Of a stretch of DNA of 43,869 nucleotides, positions 8,757 to 19,759 are shown piece by piece. The translations under genes and the position numbers were made by a program. The stretch's first letter is position 1, and the number at the start of each line of letters is the position of its first letter. The stretch is from an uncultured bacterium. GTDB taxonomy: Bacteria > CAYUVA01. The stretch lies in NCBI GenBank assembly GCA_964448115.1, contig CAYUVA010000039.1, positions 1 through 43,869 on the forward strand, in the 5' to 3' direction. Under the pieces are notes generated by a model that worked only from the letters and a program-made list of their open reading frames with translations, was not told the origin of the DNA and did no database searches.

Positions 8757-10445
8757 ATGGCGTTGTATCGGATAAATCGCGCTTATCGCAATATACGCCG
8801 AATACAGGAGATCATCAATGTCCTGGCAAGGCACGGCTTCGGCCAGTTGATCGCCAGGCTTAACCTATCCGAGATCATGGGCGTGGAAAAGATCGCCCTT
8901 CTATTAAAAAAATATAAAAAGCCAACCGTTATCTATACGATCCAGGAAAGGTTTCGCCTGGTTTTAGAGGATCTCGGTCCTACCTTTATCAAATTCGGAC
9001 AGCTCCTATCCACCAGGCCGGATCTGATCCCAAAAGACTTTGCAGATGAATTAAGGAAACTGACCGATCAGGTTCCTCCATTCCCTTATCACAGCGTTGA
9101 GACTATCCTGAGCGAGCAGCTTGGAGAGGACTTCAAGCAAAAGCTGTCGAACTTCTCATCTGAACCGATCGCCTCGGCATCCATTGCCCAGGTGCATCTG
9201 GCAGAGCTTGACGATGGAACCAAGGTAGTAGTCAAGGTCCAACGACCTGGCATCGAGCGGTTAATCGAGTCGGATATCGATATACTCTATTATTTCGCTA
9301 GCCTTATCGAGAAGAACATCAATGAGATCGCCCGCTTCCATCCAGTCGGGATCGTTGAGGAGTTCGCCAAGGCAATAAGACGGGAACTCGACTTCAAGAT
9401 TGAAGGCAGCAACACCGAACGCGTGCGCAGGAATCTTCAAGGCTATCCGTATATAAAGATACCCAAGGTTATCTGGGAGTTAACCACTGGTCAGGTGCTG
9501 GTTATGGAGAGGCTTGAGGGATTTCCCATAGATGATATGGCTGAGATAGCGCGCCGCGGATACGATAGAAAGCTACTTGCCCATATCGGCGCCGAGGCTG
9601 CCCTGACCATGATCCTGGAACATGGGGTCTTTCATGGCGACCCCCATTCGGGGAACCTGCTCATCCTAGACCAGAATACCATTGGGCTTATTGACTTCGG
9701 TATCATCGGTTATCTTGACCGCGAGCTAAAAGAATCGATAGCTAATATCGTTGTCGCCCTGATTGCTCGCGATTATGACCGGCTCATCCAGGCATTCATC
9801 AACCTCGGCTTGATAGACGAGGAGCATAACCTTCGAGCCATAAAACGAGAGCTGATGGAGCTTATCGAGCCGTATCACGGGATGCCGCTCAAGGTCCTGG
9901 AGATGGGCTACCTGTTGCAGAACATTCTCGAGGTCGTCTCGCGATATGATGCTGATATTCCGCCAGACCTTTACATGCTGGTTCGCTCGCTTATACTCAT
10001 CGAAGGTTTAGGCCGGCAACTTGACCCGGAGATAGACCTGGTCAAGATCGGCACCCCTTTTGCTCGTCGCATCCTCACCGCCAAGCTCGATCCCAGGCGG
10101 GCGCTATATGAATCGTACAAGCTCGCTACCGAGGCTACCGAGCTTATTCGCCTGTTACCTGAACAGCTACGAACATTGCTTCGCAGAGCAATCAAAAACC
10201 AACTCAGACTAGAGATCCGTCATGGCAACCTGGAAAACCTGGAACAAGAGATCAGCCGAGCCGGTGGCCGTATGTCAGTCGCCATTATCTTAGGCTCCAT
10301 GGTGATAGCATCCAGCTTCCTGCTCGTCTCCGGCACCGGACCTAAGGCATGGGGGGTATCCCTGTTTGGGCTTATTGGCTACCTTTTCGCTGCCATTCTT
10401 GGTATATGGATATTGTTCGCTATTTTAAGATCCGGGAAATTATAA
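8757..10445 (+). CDS. AarF/ABC1/UbiB-family atypical kinase
   Basis: LGPTFIKFGQLLSTRPDL, PIASASIAQVH, VVKVQRPGI, FHGDPHSGN, LIDFG; two C-terminal TM helices. Confidence 0.93.
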   Translation: MALYRINRAYRNIRRIQEIINVLARHGFGQLIARLNLSEIMGVEKIALLLKKYKKPTVIYTIQERFRLVLEDLGPTFIKFGQLLSTRPDLIPKDFADELRKLTDQVPPFPYHSVETILSEQLGEDFKQKLSNFSSEPIASASIAQVHLAELDDGTKVVVKVQRPGIERLIESDIDILYYFASLIEKNINEIARFHPVGIVEEFAKAIRRELDFKIEGSNTERVRRNLQGYPYIKIPKVIWELTTGQVLVMERLEGFPIDDMAEIARRGYDRKLLAHIGAEAALTMILEHGVFHGDPHSGNLLILDQNTIGLIDFGIIGYLDRELKESIANIVVALIARDYDRLIQAFINLGLIDEEHNLRAIKRELMELIEPYHGMPLKVLEMGYLLQNILEVVSRYDADIPPDLYMLVRSLILIEGLGRQLDPEIDLVKIGTPFARRILTAKLDPRRALYESYKLATEATELIRLLPEQLRTLLRRAIKNQLRLEIRHGNLENLEQEISRAGGRMSVAIILGSMVIASSFLLVSGTGPKAWGVSLFGLIGYLFAAILGIWILFAILRSGKL

Positions 10446-10450
10446 ATGAC

Positions 10451-11437
10451 ATGCTAATTGACGGCTTCAACAGGGAGATCCGATATCTTCGGCTTTCAGT
10501 AACCCATAGATGTAATCTTCGCTGCCTTTATTGTTCCGCATCTGTGCGTAGCCAGGCAAAATGCCATATAGAAACCCTATCCATAAAGAAGCTGATTTCC
10601 ATTATACAAGCAGCCGTCGGGCTTGGAGTGGATCACCTGCGTATTACCGGAGGAGAGCCGCTGCTCAGAAGGGATATTATCGAGCTGGTGAGAGAGATTA
10701 GGGATATCGGCTCTATCAAGGACTTGAGCCTGTCAACCAACGGGCTTTTACTCGCACCACTAGCCAAAGACCTTAAGGCTGCCGGCTTGGATAGGGTCAA
10801 TATCAGCCTCGATGCAATGACACCAAAGCGCTTTGAGAAGATCACCGGGGGTGGAGATGTCAAAAAAGTCTTGCAGGCGATCGATGCAGCGCTTGAATAT
10901 GGGTTGCAACCGGTGAAGGTCAATGTCGTGATCATAAAAGGCATAAACCATGACGAGCTGACCGCCTTGACAAAGCTGGCAAAGGATCGCCCCGTATGGG
11001 TGCGTTTCATCGAGCTGATGCCATTTTGTCGCAAGATTGTTTGGGATAATGACAAGGTTGTTGGCTCCCAAGAGATAAAAGCTAGGTTATCAAAGATCAT
11101 GGAGCTTTATCCAGCAGGCTCCACGAGAGGGATAGGTCCGGCAAGCTACTACAAGGCTCTTGGCTACCAGGGATTCATCGGCTTTATCGATCCCTATGCA
11201 GAGCACTTCTGCGATACCTGCAATCGCCTGCGGGTAACCTCCGATGGCAGGATCAAGCCCTGCCTCTTCAGCGAGGAATCGATCGACCTGAAGCCAGCGC
11301 TTGTTGCTGACAACCCAAGCATCCAGGCTATTGCAGACCTGTTATACAGGGCTGCCATGATGAAACCTCGCAGTCATGGATTGAAAGAGCGCGCAAGGCT
11401 CGACTCTCTTGATGACATGGCATACATCGGGGGATGA
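10451..11437 (+). CDS. moaA: GTP 3',8-cyclase MoaA
   Basis: YLRLSVTHRCNLRCLYC, RITGGEPLLR, RFIELMP, FCDTCNRLRVTSDGRIKPCL, C-terminal IGG. Start at ATG 10451, just after the kinase stop. Confidence 0.95.
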   Translation: MLIDGFNREIRYLRLSVTHRCNLRCLYCSASVRSQAKCHIETLSIKKLISIIQAAVGLGVDHLRITGGEPLLRRDIIELVREIRDIGSIKDLSLSTNGLLLAPLAKDLKAAGLDRVNISLDAMTPKRFEKITGGGDVKKVLQAIDAALEYGLQPVKVNVVIIKGINHDELTALTKLAKDRPVWVRFIELMPFCRKIVWDNDKVVGSQEIKARLSKIMELYPAGSTRGIGPASYYKALGYQGFIGFIDPYAEHFCDTCNRLRVTSDGRIKPCLFSEESIDLKPALVADNPSIQAIADLLYRAAMMKPRSHGLKERARLDSLDDMAYIGG

Positions 11438-11450
11438 ATATATTTCCCTC

Positions 11451-12962
11451 TCATCGGAAGTCATCGACAGTATATACCATATAGCCGGCATCTTCATAGA
11501 TCAGCCTGTAACCGAAGGCGGATAGCTCACCTTCATCAATTGGAAACTCGAAGTTGGGGACAACGATCCTCACATTCTGTTTTTTTATCGCCTTCATAGC
11601 CTCTTTTGCCCATAACTGGCTTGTAATCGCTCTGACTTGTGCAAAGGGCATTCGCTTGAGTTTGTGCCTCTCTTGATGAAATGTTCCCCAATCGAGCTGT
11701 CTTCGTATCATCATCATGTTACCCAGGTTATCCTTGAAGTTGATCATCTTGAGCCTGTTAGCAGCCAGCCCTACCTCTGGTGGCGCAATGATCCTATCAG
11801 TAGGCTCGGTGGCATGATGAATTGTTTTTCCAACCCGCTCAAATACAATCCTAGGGACACCGCTAAAGCCCATGGAACCTGGAAAGGGCAGCTTTGGCAC
11901 AAACAAACCTGTGCTGAATAACATGCCCAAAAGAATTATGGACAGCACGCTGAGATCGGTGATCACATCCAGCCTGCTCGCATCTATCGATAGCCGAGAA
12001 AGCCTGAGATTGAGCCATGATATATAATATGCAGCACCGATAAACAAGCCTGGGAGCATAACCAGAAGATAATGGGGCCAGAAGGCAAGGCTGTAGAAAT
12101 TAAAAGCGAGCTGGACGAACATCTCGAATGCTAAAAAGACCCCTAATCGATCCCTGTAATATACGATAGCTATAATGATTCCAGCCACGCCTAGCAGCAG
12201 GATATATCCGCACTCGCTCATAATCCCTAATATGCGCTGAGATAATGGCGAACTCGTGCCCTTGGTGAGATGGAAATACCAGGTATTGATGATCAGGTCC
12301 CTTCCATATACCAGGTAATATCCCAGATAGAGTGAAGCTGAACCGATAATGCTTATGGCAGCGAAGACCAGTCCCTGGCGGTTACGCCTTATCAGCAGTA
12401 AATACAACAAAACACCAGGAACATGCAGCAACATGGTCATCTTGCAACTAAATCCCCAAACAACCATCAATCCGAGCAGGGCAGCATCTTTTATCCGCAA
12501 ATCCTCGCGGCGTGAAAATAAGACAAAGTAAATCAAACTGACAAAGAGCATCACATATACCTCGCGCTCCAGCAGGTGATAGCGCATGACCAGGTAATGC
12601 AAAGAGAAACCGAGGCTTACTAGCAGGGCGATGACATTACCGCTTACCGCTCTAGCCGCTCTGAATATCAGCAGACCTATGATCACATAAAGGGTGGCAG
12701 TAGTCAGCTCGGCAGTGGTCAATGAAGCGCCGAGTACCCGGTAAGCGATGCCGAGAAGCGTATCCATGCCGGTCAGGTTGACATGGGAGAAGTCGATATA
12801 TGGCTTTAAGCCTTCATTCAAAAGGTATGGAATATACAGGTAATAAGGATCTTCGATCCATACTTTGTCATATAGAAGGCGTATTATCCTCGGCGCTATG
12901 GAGAAAAATGTAGCTACCAGCCATGTAGCGATACCGGTGTTTGAAGTCCTGTTCGCCTTCAT
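11451..12962 (-). CDS. GT-C fold membrane glycosyltransferase (ArnT/PMT-like)
   Basis: About 11 TM segments, acidic first-loop motif WIEDPYY, 'PYIDFSH', 'LEREVY', 'FSCK', 'FWPHY', and a soluble C-terminal domain. Confidence 0.65.
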   Translation of the reverse strand: MKANRTSNTGIATWLVATFFSIAPRIIRLLYDKVWIEDPYYLYIPYLLNEGLKPYIDFSHVNLTGMDTLLGIAYRVLGASLTTAELTTATLYVIIGLLIFRAARAVSGNVIALLVSLGFSLHYLVMRYHLLEREVYVMLFVSLIYFVLFSRREDLRIKDAALLGLMVVWGFSCKMTMLLHVPGVLLYLLLIRRNRQGLVFAAISIIGSASLYLGYYLVYGRDLIINTWYFHLTKGTSSPLSQRILGIMSECGYILLLGVAGIIIAIVYYRDRLGVFLAFEMFVQLAFNFYSLAFWPHYLLVMLPGLFIGAAYYISWLNLRLSRLSIDASRLDVITDLSVLSIILLGMLFSTGLFVPKLPFPGSMGFSGVPRIVFERVGKTIHHATEPTDRIIAPPEVGLAANRLKMINFKDNLGNMMMIRRQLDWGTFHQERHKLKRMPFAQVRAITSQLWAKEAMKAIKKQNVRIVVPNFEFPIDEGELSAFGYRLIYEDAGYMVYTVDDFR

Positions 12963-12996
12963 TTGCGTTGGTGATCGTCTAATATGGTATATGCGC

Positions 12997-13728
12997 TCAG
13001 TCGCTGAAGGAGTGGTCTTCTACCCGCTTGTCGGAGATAATCTTGCCATCAAGCAGCCGTATTATGCGATCAGCCTCCAAGGCAATGTATTCCTCGTGGG
13101 TAACCAGGATTATGGTGTTTCCTTCGTTGTGTATCAATCGAAATAGGGACATGATCTCCCTGCCGGTTTTGCTGTCCAGGTTGCCGGTAGGCTCATCGGC
13201 AAGTATCAATGAAGGATTGTTAACCAGTGCCCTAGCAATTGCCACCCTCTGTCTCTGTCCGCCGGAAAGCTCGCTCGGCTTGTGCACGCTTCGCTCGGCT
13301 AAGCCAACCTTCTCTATTATCTCCATTGCCCTCTTGCGCCTTTGCCTTCTTTTTATGCCAGAGTAGATCATCGGTAGCTCGACATTATGCAGCACCGATG
13401 CGCGGGACAGCAAATTAAAGGTCTGAAATACAAAGCCGATGCGCTGGTTGCGTATCTGAGCCAGCTTATTATCATGCATCTTGCTTACATCCTCGCCCTC
13501 TAACAGGTAGATCCCAGCGGTTGGGCGGTCGAGAGCGCCGACGAGGTTCATCAAGGTCGATTTGCCGGAGCCAGACGGACCCATGATTGCAACATACTCG
13601 TTTCGGCGGATATCGAGGTCTATCCCTCGCAAGGCATGAACCTTCTGTACTCCAATATCATAGACTTTCTCTATCCCTCGCATGGAGATGACCAGGTCGT
13701 CTTGGGAAATTGCCTCTTGGTTACTCAT
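12997..13728 (-). CDS. ABC transporter ATP-binding protein, MacB/LolD (YknY-like) family
   Basis: [52 protein letters not shown] 13728 has a GGAG RBS; 13758 is the alternative start. Confidence 0.93.
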   Translation of the reverse strand: MSNQEAISQDDLVISMRGIEKVYDIGVQKVHALRGIDLDIRRNEYVAIMGPSGSGKSTLMNLVGALDRPTAGIYLLEGEDVSKMHDNKLAQIRNQRIGFVFQTFNLLSRASVLHNVELPMIYSGIKRRQRRKRAMEIIEKVGLAERSVHKPSELSGGQRQRVAIARALVNNPSLILADEPTGNLDSKTGREIMSLFRLIHNEGNTIILVTHEEYIALEADRIIRLLDGKIISDKRVEDHSFSD

Positions 13729-13773
13729 GTCAGCGGCTCCTAGGATGCATTCATCCATAGGATTTGGTTTCTT

Positions 13774-15102
13774 TTACTTCTTGTTATTTTCATCCAGTCC
13801 AAGCTTTTTCTTGTTCTTGATATCCAGCTTGGAGCCGTGGTGTAGCTTCTTTAGGGAACGATAGGGACCGACTACCACGATATCGCCTTTGCTCAGACCT
13901 TCTTTGATCTCGATATGCGTGTTGCTTGAGATACCAGTCTTTATTATAACCTTCTCTGCGGTCTCTTCGGGGGTTATGCGAAAGACCACATCGACCAAGT
14001 CCTTGTCTGACAATTTATCAGTGCTATCTATTTGTTCTTCATCGGTCTTTTGGTTGTCGCTCTTTTTGTTTTTTTCATCTTGCGGTGCATCTTCAATGCC
14101 GGGAGGTCTTCTTAATACCGCTTGTATCGGCACCGCCAGCACATTTTCTCTAACCCCTGTAATGATCTCTATATCAGCCGACATGCCCGGCTTTATTCTT
14201 CTATCCGCCCCGTCGAGTACTGCTTTGACATGGTAGGTTGGAATTGAGCTTCGTTGTTTAAGCAGTCTGCTGGCTTCCTGAGATGCCGCCGAGGCGAGCT
14301 CGGTAATGGTTGCGTTAAAATCGATATCCTCTAGCGCATCGATGGTTACTTTTGCCGACTGGTTCAGATCTACCTTTACTATATCGCTCTCATCGACCTC
14401 TGCTTCGACGGTGAGCTTGGAGAGATCCGAGATACGCAAAATCTCGGTTCCCAGATTGTTCATCGTTCCCGGCACCACATTCTCGCCGACTTTGGCGCTT
14501 ATCGAGGTAATCACACCGTTTATAGGCGCCTTGATTATCGTCTTGTTTAGCTCGTCCTCTGCGGAGACGACCGCCTGTTTAGCCTGCGCCAGCCTTTCCA
14601 CTGCACTCTTGTACTCGGCTTCCTGCACCTTGTACAAGGTCAGCGCGCTCTGGTACTCAAGGGGAGACAGAAACTGCTCCTCGTATAGCTTCTTTTTGAT
14701 CTCCAGATCCTTTTTTGCCTGCTGTATGCTTGCTTTTGCCGATTCGAGGGTGGCTTGAGCCATACGAAGGTTTGCCTTGGCGCTCTTTAGCGCGGTCTCG
14801 TATTTAGTTGCATCAAGAACCAGCAGCACATCTCCCTCCTTAACCTTATCGCCCTCTTCGACCATGATCCTTTTGATCTGACCGATAACCTGGGAGGAGA
14901 TCTTCACATCGACCACCGGAACGATATTACCGCTGGCACTGACCGTGGATTTGATGGTTCTTCTGTCAACCTTTTCGCCCTGCACCTCGATAGCCTTTGA
15001 GGATCCGAATCCAAAGCTTCCCTTTTCAGCGTTTTTCAGGTTCACATAGATGATCAGTCCGACCACGACAACTATTACAATGATGATTATAGCTTTCTTC
15101 AT
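13774..15102 (-). CDS. Periplasmic adaptor (membrane fusion protein), MacA/YknX-like
   Basis: N-terminal anchor, lipoyl-like 'VEEGDKVKEGDVLL', alpha-hairpin, 'IKAPINGVIT', 'EVDESDI', 'IKPGMSA'. Confidence 0.9.
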   Translation of the reverse strand: MKKAIIIIVIVVVVGLIIYVNLKNAEKGSFGFGSSKAIEVQGEKVDRRTIKSTVSASGNIVPVVDVKISSQVIGQIKRIMVEEGDKVKEGDVLLVLDATKYETALKSAKANLRMAQATLESAKASIQQAKKDLEIKKKLYEEQFLSPLEYQSALTLYKVQEAEYKSAVERLAQAKQAVVSAEDELNKTIIKAPINGVITSISAKVGENVVPGTMNNLGTEILRISDLSKLTVEAEVDESDIVKVDLNQSAKVTIDALEDIDFNATITELASAASQEASRLLKQRSSIPTYHVKAVLDGADRRIKPGMSADIEIITGVRENVLAVPIQAVLRRPPGIEDAPQDEKNKKSDNQKTDEEQIDSTDKLSDKDLVDVVFRITPEETAEKVIIKTGISSNTHIEIKEGLSKGDIVVVGPYRSLKKLHHGSKLDIKNKKKLGLDENNKK

Positions 15103-15168
15103 ATCACGACAACCTTGATGCTCAAGTTGGTTTCATTTTGCTGAAACAGGTTCCCTAATGAACTATCA

Positions 15169-15909
15169 TCAGAATGGACCATACTTCATCAAGGCAACCC
15201 TGCCGGCAATCCAGAGCGCATAGAGAGCAAATACCATTATATAGCTACTGGCGCCCTCCAATTCAGATGTTTTCTTTATTCCAATGCCCAGGAGGATTAT
15301 CTTCCAGAGGGTGAACATGCTGATGGCTGATAAGATCAAAAAGACAATATTTTCCTTAGGCAAGAATGAGACCAATGCACCCAAGTTGATGGAAAACTCC
15401 ATGTTCTGGGTGCTTATCATTATTGGAACAGCGATAAAGCCGCCCAGGGTCTCTACTAGCGCTGCGTAATTTAGCACCGAGAAGGTCTTTACGAAGGTCG
15501 TATTGCCGCCAACAAGGTTAGTAATAAGATAGAGCACCGCTGCCAGCACCAACAGGCTGATGGCGGTTCCGAGCACCGCTGCCGGCACCGTGATTATCTT
15601 TTGTATTGAACCTGCTTTTTCCATGACTGCTTCTATTGTCTTGTCAGCCTGCTCTTGTGTCATCTGCCCCTCTTCCACCATTTTCTCGAACCTTTCCCTC
15701 ATCATCGCTGAATAATCCATGGTAAAGGCGATATAAGCGGAGACGACAATCGCAGAAACCAGGATGATTACGAAGGGCAACACCCAGTCTGGCTTGTGGT
15801 TCAGATACTTAAAAAGCTCAGCCGGATTTATGAATACGGCGATTATCCTCTGTAGCGGCTTCATCTCCGCTGGTTCACCACCTGGGCTTTTTGTAATAGG
15901 CTCTTCCAT
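15169..15909 (-). CDS. Yip1-family membrane protein (YknW-like)
   Basis: 'RIIAVFINPAELFKYL..KPDW.LP' followed by about 5 TM helices; first gene before the MFP and ATPase. ATG 15909 has an AGGAG RBS. Confidence 0.8.
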   Translation of the reverse strand: MEEPITKSPGGEPAEMKPLQRIIAVFINPAELFKYLNHKPDWVLPFVIILVSAIVVSAYIAFTMDYSAMMRERFEKMVEEGQMTQEQADKTIEAVMEKAGSIQKIITVPAAVLGTAISLLVLAAVLYLITNLVGGNTTFVKTFSVLNYAALVETLGGFIAVPIMISTQNMEFSINLGALVSFLPKENIVFLILSAISMFTLWKIILLGIGIKKTSELEGASSYIMVFALYALWIAGRVALMKYGPF

Positions 15910-16104
15910 CGCTAGCTCCTTCAAATAAGAGAGAGTTCAATCGCTCCTTACAATACGGAATTGTCCATGATATGTCAATTATGCATTTTCCTGAACACCT
16001 TGAGAATTTTATTATTTCTCGATATCATTATCTTGAAATTAAACTCTAAATAGCATCGCTGCCAGGATGAAGCCTTTGTATTCACTATATCGGCAAGTAG
16101 GAGG

Positions 16105-16704
16105 ATGGAATCGATGATAGTTGTAAGAATAAAGGACAATGCCCAGGTAAGGATCCGCAAGATGCGTATTGATGACCTGGAGAAATCGCTTCGATTTTTC
16201 AGGACACTCACCGAGGAGGATAGAAGATATCTTCGTGTTGATGTAACCGCTATCAAGGTGATTGAAAAGCGCATCCAGGATCTGCATTCTCAAAATATAA
16301 TACGCCTGGTTGCAGAGGCCAAAGACTTGATAATCGGAGATGCAACCTTAGAGATCGGACATACCAAGTGGGAGAGCCATATAGGTGAACTTAGGATCAT
16401 AGTAGCTCCCAAGTACCAGAACAAGGGACTGGGAAGCATCCTGGTAAAAGAGTTGATCCTAAAGGCGCTGGAGCGTGGATTGGAGAAGCTGATGATCAGG
16501 GTCATGCGTCCGCAGGAAGGAGTAAAAAAGCTCTTCAAGCCGCTCGGTTTTGCCGATGAGGTTATCCTACCGGCGTATGCAAAAGATCAAAACGGAGAGG
16601 TACAAGACCTCATTGTAATGACCTGCGACCTGAAAAAGGTAAAAGATCGACTACTCGAATCGATCAATAAGAGCAGGGAACAGTATCTTGTCCGCGAAGA
16701 GTAA
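16105..16704 (+). CDS. GNAT-family N-acetyltransferase
   Basis: Acetyl-CoA motif 'VAPKYQNKGLGSIL'. N-terminal 'FFRTLTEEDRRYL' resembles the GNAT domain of protein lysine acetyltransferases. AGGAGG near the start. Confidence 0.85.
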   Translation: MESMIVVRIKDNAQVRIRKMRIDDLEKSLRFFRTLTEEDRRYLRVDVTAIKVIEKRIQDLHSQNIIRLVAEAKDLIIGDATLEIGHTKWESHIGELRIIVAPKYQNKGLGSILVKELILKALERGLEKLMIRVMRPQEGVKKLFKPLGFADEVILPAYAKDQNGEVQDLIVMTCDLKKVKDRLLESINKSREQYLVREE

Positions 16705-19700
16705 ACAAGAAGCACCCGGCGCATCCGGAAAAAGTTCCCTGTCGGTATGGGTACCGATTTCATCGGTAATCTTCTTGACTACATCGCTTTATTCTCAGTA
16801 TGTAATCATCCATAGGTCCCCCGTTTTAGGCTATTTGGCTCTCTTATTGCCGCCGATTGTTCTTTGCCTGTTGACTCGAAGGCTGGCTCTCGATGAAGCA
16901 AGCAATCTATTGGGTGGCATCAGGGGTTCAAAGTTGCTTCTTATTCTTGGTTTCATTCTCTTGGTAGCTATCTTATTCCGCACCTATAGGCTCGATGATA
17001 TCGCTGCTCGGCTGCTGGTCGATGAGCCGATAAAGGGGATCTGGGCGGTTGAGATAGCTCAGGGAGCCTCATTCAAGCCGTTTTTCCACGAGAAGGAGTT
17101 TCTTTTCATCTATCTCGAAGCGCTGTTTGTTCTGCTTTTCGGAGCAAATATCGTAACCTTAAAGCTGGCAGCAGTATTCACCGGGCTGCTCAGCTTGCTT
17201 GCTGTTTATTTCATTGGCAGGGCGTTTTTTTCACCTATAGTAGGGCTGTTAGCTGCTGGCTTCTTCTCGGTAATGACCTGGGCGGTGGCGACCAATCGGC
17301 TGGCAGAGCGCTTGAACACCGCACCGCTTGCCGTGTTGACCTTTTATTTGTCAATCAAGCAACATCGCCAGATTGTAAAGCTCCCCTCATTTATCATCGC
17401 CGGCGCTTCTTTAGGCTTCGGATTTTACAGCTTTGCGAACTTTCGTCCAGTTTTTTTGATTATGCTACTATTCTTTTTTTTCTTTTCGATCATCGAGCGG
17501 GGCTTTTTTCTCAAGAATATCGCAGGCATATTGATTTACTATGCGACAGCTTTATTTGCATTGCTATTACCGCTTGGTTTCGAGTTGGACAAGCTGCAAA
17601 CCTATTTCCTACACCTGGCAGGTCACGAGACCAAGCTCTTTCGCGACCTGTACGATATGCTCATCAACCTGGAGCGTGGTCTATTAGCCTTCAATAGCAA
17701 GGCGATAGGAGACATGAGCGTGCAGCCGGGTGCGACCGGCTATGGAGGTATTATCCACCCGTTGCTGGCGGTTTTATTCATTTATGGCTTGATTTATGCC
17801 ATTTTCCATCTAGTGGATAAGAGAAATTTCCTGTTATTTGCCTGGTTCGGAGTCTCTTTTTTGCCTATTTTAGTCTCCAGCCCGGAGCCGAGACGCTTCA
17901 ACCTGGTCATGCCGCTTCTCTGCCTTTTAGCCGCACTCGGAGCGGTTATTTTAGGTTCTGCAATATTCGTAAAACAGGGATGGATCTCAAGGGTTACCAT
18001 TGGGGCGCTTTTTGTTATTCTATTTGCCATAGTGTCAGTGGATAACTTCAGGGCGATCTTTTTTCGCATGTATCCCCCAAGCAACGGCATTGTGCCTCAC
18101 TACCTCGCCTTTGCAGACTATGCCCTTGAGCAAAGCAAGTACTACCGGGTGTTGCCGACCATTCACCCAGAGCAGGCAGCAGAGTTCTATCTGATTATGA
18201 AAAAAAAGGCTGACCGGGCGGGGGTCTATAACCTGGAGGTCAACTTCAGGAACCTTGAGGAGATAATCCCTTTAGGCAGCGACCCAGAGCAAGATGTTTA
18301 CCTGGTCATCTCAGATTTCCCGGAGTTCAAGGCGGAGCTGGATCTCATCGAGGATTACTACCCCGAAGCGAGGCTCAAGGAACACCGTGATGCGAAGGGA
18401 AGGCTTCTTTTTTACTCCCTATTCCTTCAAAGGGATGAAATAACGCGCCTCATCGGGCTGGAGTGCGTTGACCTGGCAAATAAGGATCATAAAGCCAGGA
18501 TTAAAGGCGGAAATATCGCCCAGGAGCTTAAAAAAAGCGGTTTCTTGGGAAAAACAGCTAGCGATATCCAAGTTACAGGCTCAATCCGCTTGCCCCGAAG
18601 CGGCATCTACCGGCTGGCGGTTCACTCCACGGTGCCCTATCGGCTGCGCGTGGCTAACTACCTGCTCACCGATGATGATAACCGCACGGCGAACCTCCGC
18701 TTTTATAAGGGATTTTACGATGTGGAGCTTTCGGTTAACGGCATTGCCGCAAGCGATGAGCTTATCATCGAGCTTGGCTTTCCGCAGCGAGCCGACGTGG
18801 CAGCGATCCCCAGCGGCATACTTTTCTCCATTCCAGCGCTCGATAACCGCCTGAAGGGGGTAATTCCCCAGCAGACCGAACAGGTTTACAGGATCAAGGA
18901 TATGATCACACCCTATTATCCCCCTGATAAGGGTAGGCTGGTAGCGCGAGACATAATACCGTTGCCTTATGGCGATGGCTACCTTTGTGCTGATTACAGC
19001 CGGCGCCTGGTGGTAAAGTACGACAACAACTGGAATTTCATCGCTGCCGTGGATCCATTCGATGAGATAAAACGGGGCTTCGAGGAGCCTTTTCTTATGG
19101 CAGCCGGCGCTGATGGCAGAGTTTTCGTTGCCCGAAGGGATATGGTCGTTGTCCTGGGAGAGGGCTTGAAAAAACGGTACCATAAGACGCTGAATCGAGG
19201 TGTAATCTACGACATAGCAGCCTTTAACAACGGGAACCTGCTGGTGCTCTGTATCGCCAACCTGCTGCTCGAACTGGATGCATCTGGGAATGTCATATCC
19301 GAGAGCCGGCTCGATAATATCATCCCGGAGCCGGTCATCGAGCCAAGGCGCCTCGGTATTTCAGCCCAGGGTATCCTTTATATATACGATGCCAGGCGTC
19401 AGAGGATTTTCCGCTTGGATAGAGATTCTGGATACATCGACAGCTTCGGCAATGAGTTGGTTAGAATACCAGGACGCTTTTCTATCGATGATAATGGGAA
19501 TGTCATCTATATAAACCACGATCTTCCTGGCTATATATATATACTCACCCCTGGTGGCTCGCTGCTCACCTGCCCGCGGGAGATGGATGAGACGCCTAAC
19601 ATCGCCGAGAGCTTGACCGCCAAAGGCATTGATGTTCAAATAGAGGCTGATTTCGCTGCTCTTGTAAATGCGAGTTTCGCTAGCCCCAGGCTGCTATTTC

Positions 19701-19759
19701 TCAGCGGCGGGGGAGAAGAGGGGCTGGTTTGGGAACTGGAAAAGGTGGCAGTTCAATAA
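16688..19759 (+). CDS. GT-C (GT39/ArnT-like) glycosyltransferase fused to a PA14-like beta domain and an NHL-like beta-propeller
   Basis: 'FRTYRLD...LVDEP' DE loop, about 13 TM helices, 'RRF' motif, 'VTGSIRLPRSGIYRL', then propeller blades (GRVFVA; GNLLVL; GILYIYD..RQRIFRLD..GYIDSFG). TTG start uncertain. Confidence 0.72.
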   Translation: MSAKSKQEAPGASGKSSLSVWVPISSVIFLTTSLYSQYVIIHRSPVLGYLALLLPPIVLCLLTRRLALDEASNLLGGIRGSKLLLILGFILLVAILFRTYRLDDIAARLLVDEPIKGIWAVEIAQGASFKPFFHEKEFLFIYLEALFVLLFGANIVTLKLAAVFTGLLSLLAVYFIGRAFFSPIVGLLAAGFFSVMTWAVATNRLAERLNTAPLAVLTFYLSIKQHRQIVKLPSFIIAGASLGFGFYSFANFRPVFLIMLLFFFFFSIIERGFFLKNIAGILIYYATALFALLLPLGFELDKLQTYFLHLAGHETKLFRDLYDMLINLERGLLAFNSKAIGDMSVQPGATGYGGIIHPLLAVLFIYGLIYAIFHLVDKRNFLLFAWFGVSFLPILVSSPEPRRFNLVMPLLCLLAALGAVILGSAIFVKQGWISRVTIGALFVILFAIVSVDNFRAIFFRMYPPSNGIVPHYLAFADYALEQSKYYRVLPTIHPEQAAEFYLIMKKKADRAGVYNLEVNFRNLEEIIPLGSDPEQDVYLVISDFPEFKAELDLIEDYYPEARLKEHRDAKGRLLFYSLFLQRDEITRLIGLECVDLANKDHKARIKGGNIAQELKKSGFLGKTASDIQVTGSIRLPRSGIYRLAVHSTVPYRLRVANYLLTDDDNRTANLRFYKGFYDVELSVNGIAASDELIIELGFPQRADVAAIPSGILFSIPALDNRLKGVIPQQTEQVYRIKDMITPYYPPDKGRLVARDIIPLPYGDGYLCADYSRRLVVKYDNNWNFIAAVDPFDEIKRGFEEPFLMAAGADGRVFVARRDMVVVLGEGLKKRYHKTLNRGVIYDIAAFNNGNLLVLCIANLLLELDASGNVISESRLDNIIPEPVIEPRRLGISAQGILYIYDARRQRIFRLDRDSGYIDSFGNELVRIPGRFSIDDNGNVIYINHDLPGYIYILTPGGSLLTCPREMDETPNIAESLTAKGIDVQIEADFAALVNASFASPRLLFLSGGGEEGLVWELEKVAVQ

